Shown here piece after piece: positions 9,873 through 20,041 of a stretch of DNA of 64,000 bases; the stretch's first letter is position 1, and each line of letters begins with the position of its first letter. A model generated the notes under the pieces. It was not told the DNA's origin. It was given only the letters and a program-made list of their open reading frames with translations, and did not search any database. The stretch is from Desulfatiglandales bacterium (GTDB lineage: Bacteria; Desulfobacterota; DSM-4660; Desulfatiglandales; Desulfatiglandaceae): the NCBI GenBank assembly GCA_963666345.1, contig OY762721.1:1888001-1952000 (forward strand). The letters are read 5' to 3'. The position numbers were made by a program, and so were the translations under genes.

Positions 9873-11009
9873 ATGAAGAAAGATCTTATTGAAAAGGCCC
9901 TTCTGGTGACGGCATTTTTTTCTATCGTTTTTGCCCAACCGGTGCTGGCAAGGGTCAAGCTGGTAGCCCTTCCTGAACGGGGGGCTGCCGTTATAAGAAT
10001 GGAAAATCCGAGGGCAACCCTGATTGAAGAGGAACGGGTCCTGACACTTCAGAAAGGGATCAATAAGGTGGATTTTTCATGGAAAGGGGTAAGCATTGAT
10101 GAGGATTCGATTCGCCTCAAGGTCCTTTCCCACCCATACAAGGCGACCCTTCTCGCAGTAAGCTACCCGCCTGACGAGGACGCCCTGGTCTGGGATATTC
10201 ACTCTGACGGAGCCCTGGAGGTGGCTGTAAGGATAAGCTATCTTCTGTCCGACATAGACAGGCTGGTTAAGTACAGGGCAATGGCAGATCAGAATGAAAC
10301 AGGGATTAACCTCAAGGGATTTCTCGTGATTCGCAATTTTTCCGGTGAGGAGTTTGAAAAGGCCCTGGTTTTTTTGGACCAGGAAAGAGCCTTTGCCAAA
10401 AACATACGGCAAAATGAGACAAAACAACTGCTATTATTTGAAAAAAAGGAGGTCCCTGTCCAAAAGGTATGGACCTTTGATGCGGGCATTCATCCCTGGG
10501 ACCCTGAATCAGAAAATGCCGCGCAGGGCATTCCTGTTGTCTACAGGATCTCAAATGATAAATTATCCAACCTGGGCGGGTTCGACCTTCTTGCCGGAAA
10601 AATTCGCATTTTCCAGAAGGACGGCCATGGGAGCGGCATATTTCTGGGTGAAGACTCAATCGGCCGGGTTCCTGTGGGAGAAAGGATGGACATATACATA
10701 GGAGACAGCCGGGATATTGTCGTAACCCAGAGGAAGATGAAAGAAAGGCGAATAAACATCAGGCGAAATTCAAAAAACAGGACGGTTCTCTATGATACGG
10801 ATGAAATGATTAAAGCGAAAATCGAAAATTTCAAAAAACAACCGGCCACTCTTACAATGATTCAGCATATCCCCGGACAATGGGATATGCTGAACTGCAG
10901 CTTCGAGTATAACTTGAGGGATGCCAACACCGTTGAATTCAGGATCGATCTGCCCCCCGGGGCCAAAAAGGAACTTATAATGCATTACAACAGAAGGAAT
11001 GTGAGATGA
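9873..11009 (+). CDS. Exported DUF4139-like protein
   Basis: Signal peptide then VKLVALPER, TLQKGINKVDFSW...ID; paralogous to the next gene. Confidence 0.65.
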   Translation: MKKDLIEKALLVTAFFSIVFAQPVLARVKLVALPERGAAVIRMENPRATLIEEERVLTLQKGINKVDFSWKGVSIDEDSIRLKVLSHPYKATLLAVSYPPDEDALVWDIHSDGALEVAVRISYLLSDIDRLVKYRAMADQNETGINLKGFLVIRNFSGEEFEKALVFLDQERAFAKNIRQNETKQLLLFEKKEVPVQKVWTFDAGIHPWDPESENAAQGIPVVYRISNDKLSNLGGFDLLAGKIRIFQKDGHGSGIFLGEDSIGRVPVGERMDIYIGDSRDIVVTQRKMKERRINIRRNSKNRTVLYDTDEMIKAKIENFKKQPATLTMIQHIPGQWDMLNCSFEYNLRDANTVEFRIDLPPGAKKELIMHYNRRNVR

Positions 11010-11023
11010 TTGGAGGGACAACT

Positions 11024-12385
11024 ATGAGGCACGCCCTTGTTTGCATTTTATTATTTTCAGCCCTTTTCTGGAACTTTCCGGCCCTTGCGAAGGTGGATCT
11101 GGTCACCCTTCCCCAGCGAGACGCGGTCCGGCTCACCATATATAATTCTTCTGATCTTACCCTGGTAAGGGATACCAGGGCACTTACATTGAGAAAAGGC
11201 CTCAACCGTCTCCAGTTTTCATGGGCCAACACACTTATAGACCCCACAAGTCTTGACATGCGGCCCAAAAGGCAGGCCGATCAGGTTGAGATATTGGAGA
11301 TCTCTTTTCCTGCTCAGGGAAAGAACCTCGGAATATGGAATGTTGAAAGCAGGGTAGCAGGTAACCTACCGGTTGAAATCACCTACCTGACAAGCGGATT
11401 GTCATGGCGGGCATTCTATGTCGCCACCCTTGGCAGGGATGAAAAATCGATGGATCTTAAAGGCTATATAAGGGTTATTAATAACAGCGGTGAAGGCTAT
11501 GAAGATTCCGAGATACGCCTGATAGTCGGGAAAATAAACCTCCTTGATGAGATAGCGACACTTGCCCGCAGAAAATTCCCCTACGGCACGCCTATGACTT
11601 TCAAGGCAGATCGCGAACCGGGAAGGGAACCTGCCAGACCTGCAAGGCTCGCCAAGATGAAGCTTGAAAAGGCCGTGAGTGTCTTAAGCGAAAGGCCCAA
11701 GGAGATAAAAAAAGAGGCCCTCAGCGAATATTTTCTCTATTCAATAGAGGGCAGGGAAACAATCCCTGACAGGTGGGCCAAAAGGCTGCTTAGTTTTGAG
11801 GCAACCGGCGTCCCGGTCACGAACCTCTATAAATATGATCCTGCCCGTTTCGGCGATAAGGTAACGAGATTTTTGAGCTTCAAAAACGACGCTGAACACA
11901 GGTTAGGCAAGACTCCCATACCTGGAGGCACTCTGAAGGCCTACAAAAAACTGGGAGAAGAAGGATACCTCACCTATGAAGGCGGTTCAAAATTCAAATA
12001 TATCCCCGTGGGGGAAGATATCGAACTCAACCTCGGCTCAACCTCGGATCTGATTGTCGAACCCAGGCTGCTGTCCCATGAAAGTTCAGATTATACATTT
12101 GACAAACAGGGCGATATAAGCGGCTGGCGGGAGATTCAGAAAATTGAGATAGAGGTGAAAAACACCCGGCCTGTTCCATGTCAAATAGAGATAACGCGCA
12201 ATTTCTCTTCCGGATCATGGCAGATTGAAAAGAGCGGTGATTTCGATTCCTTTGAAAAACTGGACCTTAAAAGAGTGCGGTTCAAACTGGATATGAAACC
12301 TGGAGAAAAAAGGACCTTTTCCTATGTATTGACAGCCTTTCACGGCCTTCAGGCTGACAAAAGGCTTATGAAATCGTCCGGATGA
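11024..12385 (+). CDS. Exported DUF4139-like protein
   Basis: Signal peptide, LTIYNSSDLTLVRD, YLTSGLSWRAFY, INNSGEGY. Confidence 0.7.
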   Translation: MRHALVCILLFSALFWNFPALAKVDLVTLPQRDAVRLTIYNSSDLTLVRDTRALTLRKGLNRLQFSWANTLIDPTSLDMRPKRQADQVEILEISFPAQGKNLGIWNVESRVAGNLPVEITYLTSGLSWRAFYVATLGRDEKSMDLKGYIRVINNSGEGYEDSEIRLIVGKINLLDEIATLARRKFPYGTPMTFKADREPGREPARPARLAKMKLEKAVSVLSERPKEIKKEALSEYFLYSIEGRETIPDRWAKRLLSFEATGVPVTNLYKYDPARFGDKVTRFLSFKNDAEHRLGKTPIPGGTLKAYKKLGEEGYLTYEGGSKFKYIPVGEDIELNLGSTSDLIVEPRLLSHESSDYTFDKQGDISGWREIQKIEIEVKNTRPVPCQIEITRNFSSGSWQIEKSGDFDSFEKLDLKRVRFKLDMKPGEKRTFSYVLTAFHGLQADKRLMKSSG

Positions 12386-12411
12386 TTGAAACATGACCTG
12401 ACAGCAGGCCA

Positions 12412-13620
12412 TTATGACAGATACGCCGCTGCCATCGAGAAAGACCTTTCAAAGGATTTTTCAATCTCCCTGCTCCTTTTCTCCATAAGTGGAAACGGTT
12501 CCTGATGTGTGTAGGGGTATTCAAAATCAAGATAAGATCGCCTTATGGGCAGGTCTCCCTTTGAGCCGCTGAATGTCCATTCAAGCGCACACGGGGGGAC
12601 TACGATGTCTTTTTGAAGCCCAATCACAAAAAGCCTGTCAGCCAGTTGTCTCAGTCTATCATCCCTGATATCGCTCAATCTTTCACGATCAAGCAGCGCC
12701 CTGAAAAAGTTTACGGCCCTCTCATCAAAAGATGCCCCGGCTGAAAAATCATCTTCGCTATCCAGAAACCTGTAAAAGAAAGAATTAAGCTCCTTATTTG
12801 CAAGGCTGTCCATTATCGATTTTCCTTCAGGTCTTGTCGTAAGCATGGCCGCGCCCCCGCAGAACATGCAGAGCCTGGAATCTGAAAACAGCTCCCTTGG
12901 GTCTGTCATGACGATAATCAGGGACAGGAAACAGCCTATGGAATAGGCAAAAAAATCAATGCTTGCATCCCTGTCAAAATGGGGATTTCTTCCGTCCCTT
13001 ATCTGACCTGCAAGCGAAACCACATCCTGGAATGTCTGCATAACAGATGTCATAAATCTTGCCGGTTCATCATGCAGCCTGCAGCTTATGGCGGCATTTG
13101 CAAAGGAGCTCGACCTTAGCCCGGGGAACATCTTTTTGCGAGTCTTTGAAAGGTAATTCATTAACCGGGGCTCACTCCAGCTCTCCGGGGCACGATTCAT
13201 GTGGTATGCTATCGGAAACAGGATGACCGTTTTACCGGTTAACCTGTGGAGGATCTCGGCCCACGGGAGGTATTTGTCCCATTTTCTTTCATTTAATCCA
13301 TGGAAAAAAATGAGCGCCTCCTTTGATTTGGAGCAAGAAGGGCCTTTGATTATGCTGTATTTGAATGAATTATTCCGGGTTATGGCCTTGTCAAGTCCCA
13401 ATATATCCCGCTGAAAATCCGGTTTATCGCATACGCCCGAAAAATCGGCGGGAAACTGGCTCCTTTTGCCGCAAAGACTTATACTCTCCAAAAACCTGGA
13501 ATTTCCTTTTGAAAAAAAAGGCTGATTGAGAACCTGTATCCCCTTTTCAGGGAGATATACGACTTCGTCAACCTGATTGAATTTCAAGTTGAAATATCTG
13601 GAATCATCTATTAGAGACAT
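12412..13620 (-). CDS. Alpha/beta-hydrolase-fold protein (DUF6051-like)
   Basis: FHGLNE, AYSIG nucleophile elbow, KDIVVP, THQEPFP. Confidence 0.65.
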   Translation of the reverse strand: MSLIDDSRYFNLKFNQVDEVVYLPEKGIQVLNQPFFSKGNSRFLESISLCGKRSQFPADFSGVCDKPDFQRDILGLDKAITRNNSFKYSIIKGPSCSKSKEALIFFHGLNERKWDKYLPWAEILHRLTGKTVILFPIAYHMNRAPESWSEPRLMNYLSKTRKKMFPGLRSSSFANAAISCRLHDEPARFMTSVMQTFQDVVSLAGQIRDGRNPHFDRDASIDFFAYSIGCFLSLIIVMTDPRELFSDSRLCMFCGGAAMLTTRPEGKSIMDSLANKELNSFFYRFLDSEDDFSAGASFDERAVNFFRALLDRERLSDIRDDRLRQLADRLFVIGLQKDIVVPPCALEWTFSGSKGDLPIRRSYLDFEYPYTHQEPFPLMEKRSREIEKSFERSFSMAAAYLS

Positions 13621-13711
13621 AGCTTCTTCATCTGAGCAGACCGGCTATCCTGATCAAGGCCTGATAGAATTCCTCATGACTTTACCTGTCAAGGAAAAAG
13701 GCTCACCCTCT

Positions 13712-14992
13712 CTATCTTACAGGTTGATTGAAATAGCCCAGCTCAAGGTCGGGACACGCATCCTTGAGGATGGAAATCATTTTCTTCATGCCCATGCCGG
13801 GCTGTTCTGAACAGGGCATGCTTTCAAGATAAAATGCTGGGTCAATGTTCAGGTTTTTGAGGTGTATGAAGTTTACACCCGTTTTTTCAACAAGCGCCAG
13901 GAGTGCCTCCAGCTCCTTTTCCTGATCCGATATCCCTGGAAAGACAAGGTAATTGATCATGGTGTATATGCCCATATCCCGTGAAAGCCTGACGGATTCC
14001 ACCACATCATCGAAACCATAGCCCTTCGGCCGATAGTAGGCATCATACAAGGATTTCCTGGGACTGTTGAGGCTTATTCTGATGGAATCTAGCCCGCTTG
14101 AGATTATCTTTTTCACCATCCCCGGAAGGCTGCCGTTTGTGTTGAGATTGATCGTGCCCTTGTCCGTGCCCTTTCTCATATCACTTATGCTCTCCACGAT
14201 AAGTGCATGCTCTGTCAAAGGCTCACCCTCACAGCCCTGGCCGAAGCTTACAATAGGGTTGGGAGCGTTCTTCAGATGATTGAGCGCAATAGATACGAGT
14301 TCCTCCCTGCCTGGCCTGAACGCCAGCCTTGCGTGCGAGGCCTCAAATGATCCCTCCGGCTGCAGGGAAAGGCAGCCAAGGCATCCGGCATTGCAGCTCT
14401 GACTTACAGGAAGCGGGGCCTCCCATCTTCTGAGAAACAGGTTTTTAGCGGCAAAACAGTGGTTAACCGTGGCACAATTTATAAGATGCTTTGTAAGAGG
14501 CCCCGCACCATATTCATCCCTGAATCTGTCGATTGCCGTAATCAATTCCCGGTCGTCATAATTTGCAGGGTCCCATGTGTGGTTATATTCGATCTGGAAA
14601 CCGGCGACCCGGTAGCTGTCATCCCTGAAACCGACCGCGGTGTAGGCCCACATCGGAAGATCATAATCCTTTTCACCGTAATCGGCGGCCGGAAGGTGTG
14701 TCCTCACGAATCCGGGCTCAAGAAATGCCGATACCGCGTTGCACCTGACCTTTTTTCCCGACACATCCTCTTCTTCGATCCGAACAAGCTCACCGCTTTC
14801 CGGATCAACCCCGATAGGCGGGCATTTGGGAAGAAAAAACAGTTTGCTGAATTCAGGCATTGAGATGAGATCGCTTTCATCCAGCTCCACAGGCTTATCC
14901 CCTGAAAAGGCGGCCATGCGCAGATACGGATGTTCATAGATTTTACCTTCATCATCGGCGTACAGCATAAAAGGAAGCCGTTCCAGATCCAT
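13712..14992 (-). CDS. Radical SAM protein
   Basis: CNAGCLGC CxxxCxxC, SFGQGCEGEP, NLNTNG. Confidence 0.9.
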   Translation of the reverse strand: MDLERLPFMLYADDEGKIYEHPYLRMAAFSGDKPVELDESDLISMPEFSKLFFLPKCPPIGVDPESGELVRIEEEDVSGKKVRCNAVSAFLEPGFVRTHLPAADYGEKDYDLPMWAYTAVGFRDDSYRVAGFQIEYNHTWDPANYDDRELITAIDRFRDEYGAGPLTKHLINCATVNHCFAAKNLFLRRWEAPLPVSQSCNAGCLGCLSLQPEGSFEASHARLAFRPGREELVSIALNHLKNAPNPIVSFGQGCEGEPLTEHALIVESISDMRKGTDKGTINLNTNGSLPGMVKKIISSGLDSIRISLNSPRKSLYDAYYRPKGYGFDDVVESVRLSRDMGIYTMINYLVFPGISDQEKELEALLALVEKTGVNFIHLKNLNIDPAFYLESMPCSEQPGMGMKKMISILKDACPDLELGYFNQPVR

Positions 14993-15060
14993 TTCTAATT
15001 TGTTCCTTTCCTTTACTCTTTAATTTTTACGACTTTGTAAAAAGTCCATTCTTGTACCTC

Positions 15061-15272
15061 GTTTGCACACAAGAGCAGGTGCCGGGGCTCTTTCAGGAGG
15101 CCTTATCTCACAAAAAAATACCACAGGAAGATGCAGTGGCCGCAGACCGCGCTTTCTTCCCGGGAGCCCTATCAGCTTAGGTAATGCATACAAAAGCCCG
15201 GGGATGCGGCCACTTTTCCGTAAGAAATAGAGAAGGCCGGAGAAAGAGTGCCGGCGCCTGCGCGCACCGGCT
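15061..15272 (+). repeat. Copy A of a ~305-bp structured intergenic repeat
   Basis: Highly similar by eye to 19563-19882 and 25995-26322. Confidence 0.9.
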
Positions 15273-15277
15273 GCAGC

Positions 15278-16570
15278 CTAAGACCCTGAGTTTTCTCTTG
15301 CAATAGCCCTATGGCCTATATCAGTGCGATAATATGCATCCTTCCAGCCTATCTTCTTGACTATGTCATACGCCTTATCCCTGGCACTGCTCACCTTCCG
15401 ACCCAGTGCGGTCACGCACAGCACCCTGCCGCCGTTTGTAACTATCTTTCCGTCCCGCATCCTGGTGCCCGCATGAAACACCTTGTAACCCCTTTCATCC
15501 AGGCCTCCCAGACCCTCTATAACGTCTCCCTTCCGGTATTCTATAGGATACCCCCCGGCAGCCATTACCACCCCGAGGGACGATCTTTCATCCCAGAGTG
15601 CCTCTACTTCGTTCAATCGTCCGTCAAGGGCTGCAAGGCAAAGCTCCACAAGGTCCGATTTAAGCCTCAGGATTATCGGCTGTGTCTCAGGATCTCCAAA
15701 ACGGCAGTTGTATTCAAGTACCTTGGGTGTACCATCCTTCTGGATCATCAGCCCCGCGTAGAGGAACCCGATGTAAGGGACACCCTCTTCAGCCATGCCC
15801 TTTACGGTCGGTTCAATAACCTCTTTCATGGCCCGCTGGTAGATCTCATCGGTAAGCACCGGGGCCGGCGAATAGGCGCCCATACCTCCGGTGTTTGGTC
15901 CCTTATCACCATTGTCTCTGGTCTTATGATCCTGAGAAGTGGCTAGAGGCAGTATGTTTTTCCCATCGGTCATTACGATGAAACTTGCCTCTTCACCCCT
16001 GAGCATCTCTTCAACAACAATAGTCTGCCCCGCCTTGCCGAATGCCTCGCCTGAAAGCATATTGTCCACACTGCTGAAGGCATCTGACTCGCTTTGAGCT
16101 ATGATGACACCCTTTCCGGCCGCAAGCCCGTCCGCCTTGATAACCAGGGGGGTGCCGATTTTGCGTATATAATCCTTTGCGGCTCCCGCATCCTCGAATA
16201 TCTTATAGTCGGCCGTTGGGATGAAATTTCTCGCGAGAAAATCTTTCGCAAAGCCCTTTGATCCCTCCAGTTGAGCCCCCTTTCTCGTAGGGCCGAAACA
16301 CTTGAGACCCTTTTCGGCAAAAACATCCACAACCCCTTTAACAAGAGGATTTTCAGGGCCTATTATGGTGAGGTCAATCCTTTCCTTTTCCGCGAAATCG
16401 GCCAGCTCTCCCACGGAACCGTCACTTATGGCCAGATTTTCAACGTTTTTCTCCCCCGCCGTACCCGCGTTTCCCGGCGCGACAAAAACCCTTTCCACCA
16501 ATGGTGAGCAAGCAGCCTTCCAGGCCAGGGCATGTTCCCTTCCGCCTCCTCCTACAACCATTACCTTCAT
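15278..16570 (-). CDS. purD: Phosphoribosylamine-glycine ligase
   Basis: GGGGREHAL, KADGLAAGKGV, GPNTGGMGAYSP, EYNCRFGDPETQ. Confidence 0.98.
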   Translation of the reverse strand: MKVMVVGGGGREHALAWKAACSPLVERVFVAPGNAGTAGEKNVENLAISDGSVGELADFAEKERIDLTIIGPENPLVKGVVDVFAEKGLKCFGPTRKGAQLEGSKGFAKDFLARNFIPTADYKIFEDAGAAKDYIRKIGTPLVIKADGLAAGKGVIIAQSESDAFSSVDNMLSGEAFGKAGQTIVVEEMLRGEEASFIVMTDGKNILPLATSQDHKTRDNGDKGPNTGGMGAYSPAPVLTDEIYQRAMKEVIEPTVKGMAEEGVPYIGFLYAGLMIQKDGTPKVLEYNCRFGDPETQPIILRLKSDLVELCLAALDGRLNEVEALWDERSSLGVVMAAGGYPIEYRKGDVIEGLGGLDERGYKVFHAGTRMRDGKIVTNGGRVLCVTALGRKVSSARDKAYDIVKKIGWKDAYYRTDIGHRAIARENSGS

Positions 16571-16616
16571 ATCACCCCTCCCTTTGATTATACCGTAACA
16601 CCTTCCACCCCAGCCT

Positions 16617-17309
16617 TCAGGCAAGCGCGTATTCGACCGCCGCTACCGCATGAATACGGGCGGTATCAAAAAGTTCAACAGGCGAATCCTTGTCCTTGAC
16701 GAGAAGACCGATCTCGGTGCATCCCAGGATTATCGCCTCCGATCCTCTGTTTACGAGCCGTTCGATAACCTCCAGATATCTCCTCCTGGCCAGTTCGGAG
16801 ATCTTACCGCAGCACAGTTCGTCATATATTACCTTGTGTACCATCTTCCTATCAGGGCCTTCAGGAATAATGACATTCAGATCGTGCATCTGCTCCAGTC
16901 TGCCCCTGTAAAAGTCCGCTTCCATGGTAAAGCTTGTGCCGAGGAGGCCTATGGTATCATAGCCTTTTTCTTTTATCCTGGCTGCCGTTGCATCCGCAAT
17001 ATGAAGAAGAGGTATGCCTATCCCGGCTTCCACCTGTTCGGCCATAAGGTGCATGGTATTAGTGCAGATGATTACAAAATCGGCACCTCCCCTTTCAAGC
17101 GCCCTGGCGGCATCTATCATTACCTCCGTGGCTTCTTCCCACCTTTGCCCTTTCTGGAGTTTTTCCACTTCGGCAAAATCAACCGAGTAGATAAGCGACT
17201 TCGCAGAGTGAAGACCTCCCAGCCTTTGCCTTACCGTTTCATTTATTATCCGGTAGTATTCAATCGATGATTCCCAGCTCATTCCACCGATAAGTCCGAT
17301 AGTCTTCAT
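16617..17309 (-). CDS. Aspartate/glutamate racemase family protein
   Basis: GLIGGMSWESS, ICTNTMH, LGCTEI. Confidence 0.93.
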   Translation of the reverse strand: MKTIGLIGGMSWESSIEYYRIINETVRQRLGGLHSAKSLIYSVDFAEVEKLQKGQRWEEATEVMIDAARALERGGADFVIICTNTMHLMAEQVEAGIGIPLLHIADATAARIKEKGYDTIGLLGTSFTMEADFYRGRLEQMHDLNVIIPEGPDRKMVHKVIYDELCCGKISELARRRYLEVIERLVNRGSEAIILGCTEIGLLVKDKDSPVELFDTARIHAVAAVEYALA

Positions 17310-17425
17310 TATGCCTCCAGATTATTTGCATGTTGAGCCGATTAAATGACCTGCTTATTGAAAGGCCCGTTACAAACGATTCTTAAGATTCAATCTCCAT
17401 AAGGATATTTCCACCTGCCTTATCT

Positions 17426-17857
17426 CTACAGATTATACACCTGACTGCCCGGGATCACGGTAAAACCTTTTTCCTGAAGCACGTCTATCGCCTCATCTGT
17501 CCGGTCGAACCTGAAGATGATCAGCGCCTTTTCCTTGCTTCTTTCAACAAATGCATAGGTATATTCGGTGCTGATGTTCTTTTCCGAGAGCGCCGCCAGA
17601 ATGCTGTAAAAACCTCCCGGACGGTCCGGCACTGCAACTGCAACCACAAAGGTCCTCCTGACGGTGAATCCCTTTTCCTGAAGTGCCTTTTCAGCCTTGT
17701 CAATATCGTTTACAATTATGCGGAGGATTCCGAAGTCAGAGGTATCGGCCAGAGACAGCGCCCTGATATTGATTTCCTTTTCGCCAAGCACCTTGGCCGC
17801 CTGTTCAAGCATTCCGGGTTTATTTTCCAGAAATATGGAAAGCTGCTCAACTTTCAT
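17426..17857 (-). CDS. ACT-domain protein
   Basis: QLSIFLENKPG, NIRALSLADTSDFGILR, VPDRPGG. Confidence 0.92.
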   Translation of the reverse strand: MKVEQLSIFLENKPGMLEQAAKVLGEKEINIRALSLADTSDFGILRIIVNDIDKAEKALQEKGFTVRRTFVVAVAVPDRPGGFYSILAALSEKNISTEYTYAFVERSKEKALIIFRFDRTDEAIDVLQEKGFTVIPGSQVYNL

Positions 17858-17871
17858 GGACCTATCTCCTC

Positions 17872-19173
17872 TCAGCTGTGTCTATTGTCTATTACCCTGT
17901 GGGCCTTTCCCTCGAATCGCCTGAGATTCTTGGGCCCTACCAGTTTTATCTTCGCGGTAATTCCCAGATACTCCTTGATATCCTTTGTTATCCGCCTTTC
18001 CAGATTCTGAAGCGCCCTGATTTCATCTGAAAAGATCTTTTCACTCACCTCCACGCAGATCTCCAGTGTATCCATCTTCCCGACCCTGTCGACCATCAGT
18101 TCATAGTGCGGTTCAAGCCCTTCTATATTGAGAAGCACGCTCTCCACCTGGCTCGGGAAAACGTTTACGCCCCTTATTATCAGCATATCATCGCTTCTGC
18201 CCGATACCCTTTCCATCCTCACATGGGTCCTTCCACACCTGCAGGGCTCTTTTATAAGCCGTGACAGATCCCTGGTTCGGTAGCGGATAAGGGGAAAGGC
18301 CTCCTTGGTCAGAGAGGTAAATACCAGTTCCCCTGCCTCACCCCGGGGAAGGACCTGTCCTGTCTGAGGGTCAATGGTCTCCACCAGGAAGTGATCTTCA
18401 AAGATATGAAGACCCTCCCGACCCTCTTTGCACTCGATTGCCACGCCCGGACCGATTATCTCGGAAAGTCCGTATATGTCCAGGGCGTCGATATCGAGTC
18501 TTTGTTCTATCTCCTTTCTTATCTTCTCGCTCCAGGGCTCGGCCCCGAAAACACCTACCCTGAGGGCCAGGGCCTTCATGTCGACACCCATCTCTTCGCC
18601 CTGTTCGGCCAGGTAGAGTGCGTAGCTAGGGGTACAGCATATAGCGGTGGGGGCAAAGTCCTGGAGGATCATTATCTGCTTTTTTGTGTTTCCGCCGGAC
18701 ATCGGAATAACGCTTGCACCGAGTCTTTCAGCACCGTAGTGAGTCCCGAGCCCGCCGGTAAAGAGGCCGTAACCGTATGCGTTGTGTATCATATCATCCC
18801 GGGTAAGACCGGCAGCCATAAAGGACCTTGCCATCAGTTCCGACCACGTGGCTATGTCTCTTCGTGTGTATCCTACCACGGTGGGTTTTCCTGTTGTCCC
18901 TGATGAGGCGTGAAGCCTCACGATGCTGCTCATCGGGACAGCAAAAAGACCGAAAGGGTAGTTGTCCCTCAGATCCTGCTTTGTGGTAAATGGGAATCTC
19001 TTGATATCATCAAGACCCTTGATTTCATCAGGCGAGATCCCTGATTTTTTAAACGACCCCTTATAAAAATCAACCGTATGGTAGGCCCTTTGAAGCACCT
19101 GCTTGAGCCTTTTAAGCTGAAGCGCTTCAAGTGCCTCCCTTGGAAGGGTTTCGAATTCCTCATTAAAGATCAT
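17872..19173 (-). CDS. paaK: Phenylacetate-CoA ligase family protein
   Basis: [41 protein letters not shown]. Confidence 0.9.
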   Translation of the reverse strand: MIFNEEFETLPREALEALQLKRLKQVLQRAYHTVDFYKGSFKKSGISPDEIKGLDDIKRFPFTTKQDLRDNYPFGLFAVPMSSIVRLHASSGTTGKPTVVGYTRRDIATWSELMARSFMAAGLTRDDMIHNAYGYGLFTGGLGTHYGAERLGASVIPMSGGNTKKQIMILQDFAPTAICCTPSYALYLAEQGEEMGVDMKALALRVGVFGAEPWSEKIRKEIEQRLDIDALDIYGLSEIIGPGVAIECKEGREGLHIFEDHFLVETIDPQTGQVLPRGEAGELVFTSLTKEAFPLIRYRTRDLSRLIKEPCRCGRTHVRMERVSGRSDDMLIIRGVNVFPSQVESVLLNIEGLEPHYELMVDRVGKMDTLEICVEVSEKIFSDEIRALQNLERRITKDIKEYLGITAKIKLVGPKNLRRFEGKAHRVIDNRHS

Positions 19174-19562
19174 ATCGTCTTCCTCTCCTTTTATTCACCT
19201 TCAAAATAGACGCCCTCAGGAGGTATAATCGGAGACCTTCCTTCTGCGGGCCTAGCGTGTAAAAGCGGACCTGCTGTCCATATTCTCTTTAACTGATAGT
19301 TCCGCCTGGAGGGCGGAATCAGGGACTGACCGAGAGCATTAAAATTCAGGTATGTTTTTCATGTCAACATTTCTTTTTGCGGTTATATTAAACACTATTT
19401 CATTTACGATCTCAAGGCAGGCGGCGCCAGGTGAGAACTTTTTGTTAATTTAAGACCGGAGCCCCGCTTCGTTCAACGCCTTTACCCTCACGCCTTCGGC
19501 ACTTACCCCTGTTTCATTCGGCCAGAAACAGATACCCATTTTCTTGTTCAATTTTCTGCCAT

Positions 19563-19882
19563 ACACACAAGAGCAGGTGCCGGAGCTGTTTCAGGAGGCC
19601 TTATCTCACAAAAAAATACCACAGGAAGTTCCAGTGGCCGTAGACCGGGCTTTCCTCCCGGGAGCCCCATCAGTTCGGGTAACGCCTGCAAAAGCCCGGG
19701 GATACGGCCGCTTTTCCGTAACACATAGAGAAGGCCGGATGAAAGAGTGCCGGCGCCTGCGCGCACCGGCTAAAGATGCGAGAAAAGAAAAAAAGGGGCA
19801 TGGTTATTTTATACGGAAAAACCGGAAACGCACCCCTGTCCATTATTTTATACCTTTGTTTGTTTGCGCACAAGAGCAGGTG
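19563..19882 (+). repeat. Copy B of the ~305-bp structured repeat (one full unit plus restart)
   Basis: CACAAGAGCAGGTG at 19566 recurs at 19869 (period 303). Confidence 0.9.
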
Positions 19883-20041
19883 ACGGAGCGTGACCAAGTA
19901 AATAAAATAAGACTCACACCCATAGATGTTGACCCGGACTATTGTTTATGAATAATATCAAGAGTTGGAATATTTTATTTAAGACCCCTTTCGGCAATCT
20001 AAAATCAAGCTTTACCCGGAGGCCCAGGCCCTTTCTTAATT

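Noticed and set aside
15027..15047. IS-end-like TTACGACTTTGTAAAAAGTCC
   Set aside because: No partner inverted repeat or target duplication found; too short to support.
19300..19340. SAM-I or glycine riboswitch (AGGGACTGACCGA)
   Set aside because: Wrong strand for paaK, and the remaining consensus elements are absent.
19544..19951. 135-aa ORF (and 25874-26285 ORFs) over the repeat
   Set aside because: The frames are not preserved between copies and show no protein motif; they are shadows of the repeat.
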